Shown: positions 57,836 to 64,000 of the stretch, piece by piece
How the letters are laid out: every line of letters starts with the position of its first letter
Numbering within the stretch: the stretch's first letter is position 1
Source: Schizochytrium sp. TIO01
Lineage: Eukaryota > Protista > Bigyra: Labyrinthulomycetes
Reading direction: 5' to 3'
Length of the DNA: 64,000 nt
NCBI GenBank assembly: GCA_004764695.1
Contig: SMSO01000014.1
Span: 6,066,029-6,130,028, forward strand
Translations under genes and position numbers: made by a program
Notes under the pieces: model-generated
What the model was told of the DNA's origin: nothing
Database searches by the model: none
The model's input: the letters and a program-made list of their open reading frames with translations, nothing else

Positions 57836-59860
57836 ATGGCAGACTATGGTTCTGTGCCGACGAGCGATCTGGACGCTGTCCGTCTCGAACCTGATCAATC
57901 TTACGCAGAGCAAGGACAGAAAAATGTTGTGAGACGCAAACAGAAGCTGCTCACAATGTTCGGTGGCATCCTTGTGTTAGCGGCGGTCCTAGGTCTAAGC
58001 TTTAGTGGGGCCACGACTGTGGCCACTAAAAAGTCCAATCTTGAAAGCATTGAAGATCTCGAGGGCACCAAGGATCTTGAGGATAGCGGCGAGAATGCCA
58101 CGTCTTATTCGGTAGTTTCTAATATGGTGTACTCGCCACATGCTCCGGCATTCTTTGAACCACCAAGGGTTTCGTCAAAGACAGATGAGCTAAATGTGCA
58201 CTTATACTTTGACGTGTCAAGAGTACAGATCGATAATGTTTCCTTGAATATGCGGCTCTTCAACGGCGCTTTGCCAGCACCTACGATGGTGGTAAGGCGA
58301 GGTCAGCGGCTCCGAATTCAGCTCTGGAACCATCTCAGCTCTGATCTCAAGGGCGGTCATGCCATGAACGCCTTCAGACGTCCAAACACCACTGTTCTGC
58401 ATACACACGGCCTCCATGTATCTCCAGCTGACGCAGACAACATCTACCGCGCGATCGAGCCACAAATGCATGCCCAGTTCTTATACCCTATCCCCAAGAA
58501 CCACCCAGTAGGCACTTTCTGGTTACACCCACACTTCCACGGCTCCACAACTCTCCAGAGCGCATACGGTGCTTTCGCGGCAATCATCATCGAAGAAGAG
58601 GCAGGCTCCGAGACAACTCCAGCAACACTTCCTGTTCCTTTAGACACGAACCATCAAGATGAAAAACAAAAGGATGATGACAAAGAGAAGGATAAAAAGA
58701 GGAAGAAGCGAAAGAGCAATAAAAAGGACGATGATAAGTCAGTAGGTAAGGGTGATGATGACTCTAATAGCAGCTCTAAGAGCGTAGGCCCTGTTCATAA
58801 AATTGAAGGGGATCACATCATGCTTGTCGGCTGGGTTGATATTGGCTCGGGTAAGCGTACCGATATCCTTGAGGACGAACGCTTATCAAAGAGCCAAATG
58901 AACGTAGATCTGCGCCCACGCGGTTATTCCACAAATGGCGGATTCCTTACCGTGAATGGTCGGCCTAACTCGACTCTTGCTATGAAAGCAGGTGAGTTGC
59001 AACGATGGCGAGTAATTAATGGTGTAGTTGACGGGTCCTTGCGTATTCTTTTCAATGAGTCTGCTTGCTCCGTGGCTGCTATTGCTGCTGATGGTGTCTC
59101 ATATCCCGCCCCTCGCCAGGTGTCACCCGAGCAGGGCGTACTTATTGTGCCAGGCTCACGCCGAGACCTATTAGTGCGATGCATCAGCGATTCGAAAATC
59201 TGGTCCGAGCTTGACCCAACCCGAGGTGAGGAGGACGAAAAAATATACAAGTATCTTGGTAAAAAATCCAAGATTGCATCCGGCTTAATGCTTCATGTTC
59301 ATGCCAAGGATCAGAGAAGCGACCTGAAACTTGAGAGTGCACACTCCGGAGTACAAGTACCTTCTGAGACAGGCTATACGGCCGAGCCACTGAAAGACCT
59401 TCGTGGAGCCAATGTTGATGTAAAAACTTTAGTAGAATACACCCAAGGTGGACCCAACACTGCAAAGGCGCGGCGAGAAGGTAACAACTACACCTACTAT
59501 GGCATCAATGGACAAGCTTATGACCCTGAGGTTATTGGCTTTACAGTAAAGCTTGACCAGGTTGTAGAGTGGACTGTTCGTAACGAGTATTGCATGGACG
59601 GAACCCCAGCGCTTGAGAGTCACCCGTTTCATCTTCACACAAATCATTACCAAATCGTGAATGTTTCGTCTCCAGAAACTGGCAATTACAGCCCAGACTT
59701 TGAAATTGGTGATTGGCGGGACACTGTAGCTGTGCCAGCTCCAGGTAACGTGACTATTCGTTGGGTTGCGCGTGACTTTACTGGGCGGTCACTCCTACAT
59801 TGTCACACCATTGCTCATCATGACACAGGCATGGCTGCTCGTGTTGATATTACACATTAA
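57836..59860 (+). CDS. Three-domain multicopper oxidase with an N-terminal signal-anchor
   Basis: All four Cu motifs are present: LHTHG, WLHPHFHG, HPFHLH, LHCHTIAHHDTGM (axial Met). TM segment LLTMFGGILVLAAVLGLSF. First ATG is at 57836. Confidence 0.93.
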   Translation: MADYGSVPTSDLDAVRLEPDQSYAEQGQKNVVRRKQKLLTMFGGILVLAAVLGLSFSGATTVATKKSNLESIEDLEGTKDLEDSGENATSYSVVSNMVYSPHAPAFFEPPRVSSKTDELNVHLYFDVSRVQIDNVSLNMRLFNGALPAPTMVVRRGQRLRIQLWNHLSSDLKGGHAMNAFRRPNTTVLHTHGLHVSPADADNIYRAIEPQMHAQFLYPIPKNHPVGTFWLHPHFHGSTTLQSAYGAFAAIIIEEEAGSETTPATLPVPLDTNHQDEKQKDDDKEKDKKRKKRKSNKKDDDKSVGKGDDDSNSSSKSVGPVHKIEGDHIMLVGWVDIGSGKRTDILEDERLSKSQMNVDLRPRGYSTNGGFLTVNGRPNSTLAMKAGELQRWRVINGVVDGSLRILFNESACSVAAIAADGVSYPAPRQVSPEQGVLIVPGSRRDLLVRCISDSKIWSELDPTRGEEDEKIYKYLGKKSKIASGLMLHVHAKDQRSDLKLESAHSGVQVPSETGYTAEPLKDLRGANVDVKTLVEYTQGGPNTAKARREGNNYTYYGINGQAYDPEVIGFTVKLDQVVEWTVRNEYCMDGTPALESHPFHLHTNHYQIVNVSSPETGNYSPDFEIGDWRDTVAVPAPGNVTIRWVARDFTGRSLLHCHTIAHHDTGMAARVDITH

Positions 59861-60266
59861 AATATATTTTCATCTTTGTTGAATGTCAGCATATATCGAG
59901 CAAACTGTTCATATCAGATGTTTTTGCGTTTGTTTTTTCTGTTCTTCTTTTTTTACTTTCAGGAATGGGCTATGAAAGGCGCCTGATTTCTAAATTCGAG
60001 CAGCTACGGATTATGGGGTTTCTTTTGAAGAAATAATGTAATTGCGAATTAACTATCAACTTTCACATAACTATCGTATTTCTTTCAAATATTTTACCTC
60101 CGCATAGATCAGTTGCCTTCGTTGCGGACTGTATTAACTTCAAGTGAACAAAAGAACTCCACATAGTACTTATAGTATTGTTGTTTAGAAAGACACACAA
60201 AGCAAAACAAGAAGTACTATCACCTTGAGAGTTTTAGTTGATGCTATTTTATTCATAATTAGTGCT

Positions 60267-61805
60267 TTAAATCCCTTTGGGCAAAACCTTTCTGCCTTGG
60301 CTACTTTTCTTTATACTCTTAGTAGCTTCATTTTGTTTCACATTGGTTTTTGATTCTTTGACTTTAAACAGGTGGCCATGTCTGAACACCGCTGTAAGCT
60401 TTCGTTGCCCACCTTCGTAAGATAAGGTGCCAACGCCGTGAAATAAACCTTCAGAAAATTCACCGAGGTAATGCTCAGCCCGATACATATGGGTAGACTT
60501 ATGATGCTCTTCATCAGGAATTAGCGTCTGGCTGCCCATACCATGGCGATTACCTCTGTAAAAGTCACCTTCATAGGTTGTTCCATCAGCACAATAATAC
60601 GCTCCTGGGCCATGCCAAAGCCCCCGGTACCAGGTTCCAATATATTTACAGCGGCCCGCTCGAATGATCTTTCCGTGACCTGTAAACAACTGCAAAGGGG
60701 CTTCGTAAGGTCGATTCTGGTCATTTCCGTACAACATTGAGCCATGGCCATGTCGAAGATTGTCCTCCCAGTAGCCTTCATATCTTCCGCCATCTGCATA
60801 TAGCATAATGCCATGGCCTTTCATCTTATCACTTTCCCAAAAACCTTCATAGCGATTGCCGTTGCTCCAGACACGGATTCCAAACCCATGTCGAAGTGCA
60901 TTTGGCGCTGGAACTTTTTTCCCATGTAAATAATGATCAGCTGTGGCAAGATATTCACCGTCATAATATCCACCATCTGCATATGTATACTTCCCCTTTC
61001 CGTATGGCACACCGTTGCGGTATTCACCTTCATACTTGTCACCATGGGCAAACATCATAACACCTTTACCATGATAACGATTGTCTTGCATGAGGCCAAC
61101 ATAAACATCTCCATTGTAGGTGGAGTAAACACCCTCGCCGTTCATTTTACCATGACAAAACTGGCCATCGTATCGACTTCCAGACGAATACACGCGTAGG
61201 CCGGAGCCATGGGGTTTGTCATTATGATAATCCCCAGCATATGACCCACCATCGTTTGCATAAGTATATTCCCCGTGACCTTCAAATCGTCCATTGTTGA
61301 AGTTGCCTTCGTATATGTCGCCGTTCGCCCGCTCGAGTCGACCAGATCCATGCCATTTTTCACGACGAAACAAACCTTCGTAGCGCTGCCCATTTGAGTA
61401 AACATAAACGCCCATACCATGAATGTGGTCAAGCTCGAATTCGCCGTCGTATGAATCACCATTTCCCATTACGTACAGGCCTCGACCATGTCGCTTGCCA
61501 TCTTTCCACATGCCTTCATATCGCTCAGAGTCCTGGTCACTTGGGTCTTTACGGATGTAAACACCAAATCCATGTCTTAATCCAAATTTGAAGTTGCCGA
61601 CGTATTTGTCTCCGTTTGCAGCAACGAAAGCCCCTTTGCCATGGCGCCTGTTATTAACAAGCTCGCCTTCATATAGGTCTCCATTGGGATATTTGATCTT
61701 GCCTCTTCTGTACGAAGCCTTTTCGGCCGCTGTGAGGTGTTGCTCTTCGTCCTGTGTGACCTGTTTTCGCCGGCGAACACCCTGTTCGACGCGTCCTTCA
61801 GTCAT
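60267..61805 (-). CDS. MORN-repeat protein
   Basis: More than 15 repeats of YEGxWxxGKxHGxGxYxYxNGDx across 512 aa. Confidence 0.93.
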   Translation of the reverse strand: MTEGRVEQGVRRRKQVTQDEEQHLTAAEKASYRRGKIKYPNGDLYEGELVNNRRHGKGAFVAANGDKYVGNFKFGLRHGFGVYIRKDPSDQDSERYEGMWKDGKRHGRGLYVMGNGDSYDGEFELDHIHGMGVYVYSNGQRYEGLFRREKWHGSGRLERANGDIYEGNFNNGRFEGHGEYTYANDGGSYAGDYHNDKPHGSGLRVYSSGSRYDGQFCHGKMNGEGVYSTYNGDVYVGLMQDNRYHGKGVMMFAHGDKYEGEYRNGVPYGKGKYTYADGGYYDGEYLATADHYLHGKKVPAPNALRHGFGIRVWSNGNRYEGFWESDKMKGHGIMLYADGGRYEGYWEDNLRHGHGSMLYGNDQNRPYEAPLQLFTGHGKIIRAGRCKYIGTWYRGLWHGPGAYYCADGTTYEGDFYRGNRHGMGSQTLIPDEEHHKSTHMYRAEHYLGEFSEGLFHGVGTLSYEGGQRKLTAVFRHGHLFKVKESKTNVKQNEATKSIKKSSQGRKVLPKGI

Positions 61806-64000
61806 TTCTGGTCAGAGTTTGCATACTTTTTTACGAACCTGTTTCGTTTCTTCCTTGGTAAATACTCGTGGTTGGCCTCAGCTCCAACGCAAACTAACTT
61901 GCCGGGTTTGTCTGGGCTGTGCTTGTGCCCTTGCTTTTCACTGCATATATGAAGCTCTATAAATTGCAAGACTCGGCAGAATAATCAGGTGCCAATTGGT
62001 ACCTTACAGTCTTCCTGCCAATCTCATACAATGGCCCCTTGAAAGTACCTGAACAACGTTAATGATATTATCAAGTTCAACGACTGCGGCCTTCACTGCA
62101 GGGTCTGTCTAGTTCCAATAGTCATACTCCGGGTGGTTTCGTCCTTTTCTCAAGTACAGAACACTAAAATCCATATCATCAAAAGCATTAGTTGAGTCTC
62201 TTTAGTTCAGGTCACACTCCTGCTCGTTGGTGCTTCTGCCATTTGTCATCGCGAATCTATTTCTGTGAACCTGCTGTGCTTCCAAATCTTATCCAGCAGC
62301 TATTGCAGGGCCATTTTCTCTAACAAACCAGAAACGTGCAATATCAGTAAAGAGAGTAAGAAGTAGTATGTTTGTCCTTCTGCCTATTTTAAACACCACC
62401 ATCGAGGTGGCCAATCTGTGGTGTGTACCAAACCACATCCGTCTTTAAGCATTTTTAACCCATATAAGAATGCGTTGTGCTTCATCATTGCTTTTTTCAT
62501 TGACGATATGAAGCAAAATAAAAATTTCGCAATTGCATAGTCGCAGGTGGGCGAATTTGGGTGAAGTGTTCTAGTCAGCATTGTCACCTTCAGAGCAAAT
62601 GAAACTGTTATTGTGCCTATGCATCTACGTAATGCGCACACTGGCCTGACTTTGAAAATGGCAGCGCTTCTACTGGTATCCCTTCATACTTGACATGGAG
62701 GAGTCTCGCCAAGGAAACTCTATTCGATAACGTTTCTGTTGAGATGTTTTTTTTTTCTTTTCTTTTTTCTTTTTTCTTTTTTCTTCTGTGAAAGTTGACA
62801 ACTCTATGAATTACTTCTGTCATAATACATAACATATTATTTTAAAATGGAGCAAATAAAACGAATATTTTATTTAAACTAATTCTTTTAGAAATAAAAA
62901 TATAAGATTGAAAGAAAGGTCGGTCAAGAGGGCACATAATATATCCGTTGATAATCATAGGAATCGCTCAAGGGAACTCCTACGAGTCCCTGGGGTGGGC
63001 GGGAACGCGCGGAAAACGGGCAAATGGCGCGGAAGGTCGTGAGCGTGGCACGGGCGCGAGCGAGGGTTTAGCTCGATTAAGGACAACGATTTGGTTTAAG
63101 AATGGTCATTGGTCCTTTTGCATGCGTCGCTGCGCTTTTAAAAAAATGTTTTATCTTCTAGGGATGAATGGGCGATGAAAATTTAGAGATGTTCATGACG
63201 AAGCAATCCAAGCGCTTCGAGCGGGAAAATGTGCTAACCCTTTCAGTCTCCCTGCTCCCTTTCGCTTCCAAAACCATCGCAGCTGAGTAATCCTGGAGCT
63301 TCAACGGTGTGCCTTATCAGCGAGCGATCATGCGCTTCCCATCGAGAAACAGAGACTTTTTCGAGTCCTTATTTCGTTGTGATGCTATTAGCCAGGGAGG
63401 CCAAAGAACCTCGCAGGGAACTAATTGTTAGTGACGTGAAACATCAAGAAAAACCACCCAAGTAGCCAAGAATCAGAAAACAACAGAAGCGGGGGTTGTG
63501 AGGCGAACGAGAATGGAAGCGCTTATATGGTTATGAAAAGTCGAAGACAAGGCCGACCGACGATCGCCCTGCCTTATAACTCGCCAAACGACAAGATCAC
63601 CCAAGATCGCATCGAAAGGTCCAATGACGATAGTCTTCGGGAGGTAAAGGTTTTCAATTTATGCGCGAACGCGAGTTCGTCTCACTTATAAAATTTTAAA
63701 GGTACTTTCACGAAGTATAGTTCTTGAAGGCAAAGAATAATAAGTTAGTCAATTCGAATTGAGGCCTGAGGTGAGCCATTCTACATATGCATATCAACCT
63801 CGTGGGGGTGCGTACCTGTTCCGCCCTTGAACTTATCAACCCAGCCGGCAACAGCTCCAATATACCGATTGTAAATAAGAACTCGCAGTGCGCACCCTTG
63901 TCACCCTTCACCTTGCAGGCGGGCAAAAGTAAAAAGAAAATAGAAAGAAAAGATTAAAGAAAAGAGAAAAGTAAAAAGAAGAACCGCTGTAACAGTGAAA

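Noticed and set aside
61802-61985. Open frame upstream of the MORN gene ending in AAA TGA overlapping its ATG
   Set aside because: No ATG, no MORN similarity and only a minimal overlap; most likely 5' UTR.
62040-62249. Coding-looking minus frame with internal TAA/TAG, suggesting stop-codon reassignment
   Set aside because: Well-supported genes here end in TAA (e.g. SF1, CWC15, APS kinase), TGA (NHase) and TAG (Cys-rich model), and none needs readthrough.
1-64000. tRNA, rRNA or snRNA genes
   Set aside because: The GTTCGA/GTTCAA occurrences I inspected lack cloverleaf context. A tRNAscan-SE/Infernal run is needed to exclude ncRNAs properly.

Overview
This is eukaryotic nuclear DNA, not prokaryotic. 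It has GT-AG spliceosomal introns (mostly GTAAGT donors, CTAAC/CTGAC-like branch points, about 63-175 nt), the standard genetic code, moderate GC and (TTTG)n microsatellites. Gene content and style suggest a stramenopile protist such as a thraustochytrid, but that is inference only. About 17 protein-coding genes can be supported: a partial ORF at the left edge, IMPACT, a split gene with an ET-like domain, two tandem 13-exon RI-type LRR paralogs, an RCC1+BTB protein, SF1/BBP head-to-head with CWC15, a signal-anchored two-repeat helical protein, APS kinase, a FYVE protein, a secreted Cys-rich protein, a beta-alpha fused Co-type nitrile hydratase, a coiled-coil protein, a split MBD-like/FYR-like protein, a multicopper oxidase and a MORN-repeat protein. 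The most notable signals lie in gene architecture that the ORF track misses. (1) Two frame-essential microexons: 4 nt in APS kinase, building the conserved LDGDN motif, and 2 nt in the Cys-rich gene. (2) Two LRR genes built almost one repeat per 84-nt exon, with all 24 introns in phase 2 and a shared C-terminal domain I do not recognise. (3) Two putative chromatin genes that each need a +1 frame change near AAA-G; an assembly indel is the null explanation. I saw no tRNA, rRNA, CRISPR array or intact mobile element.
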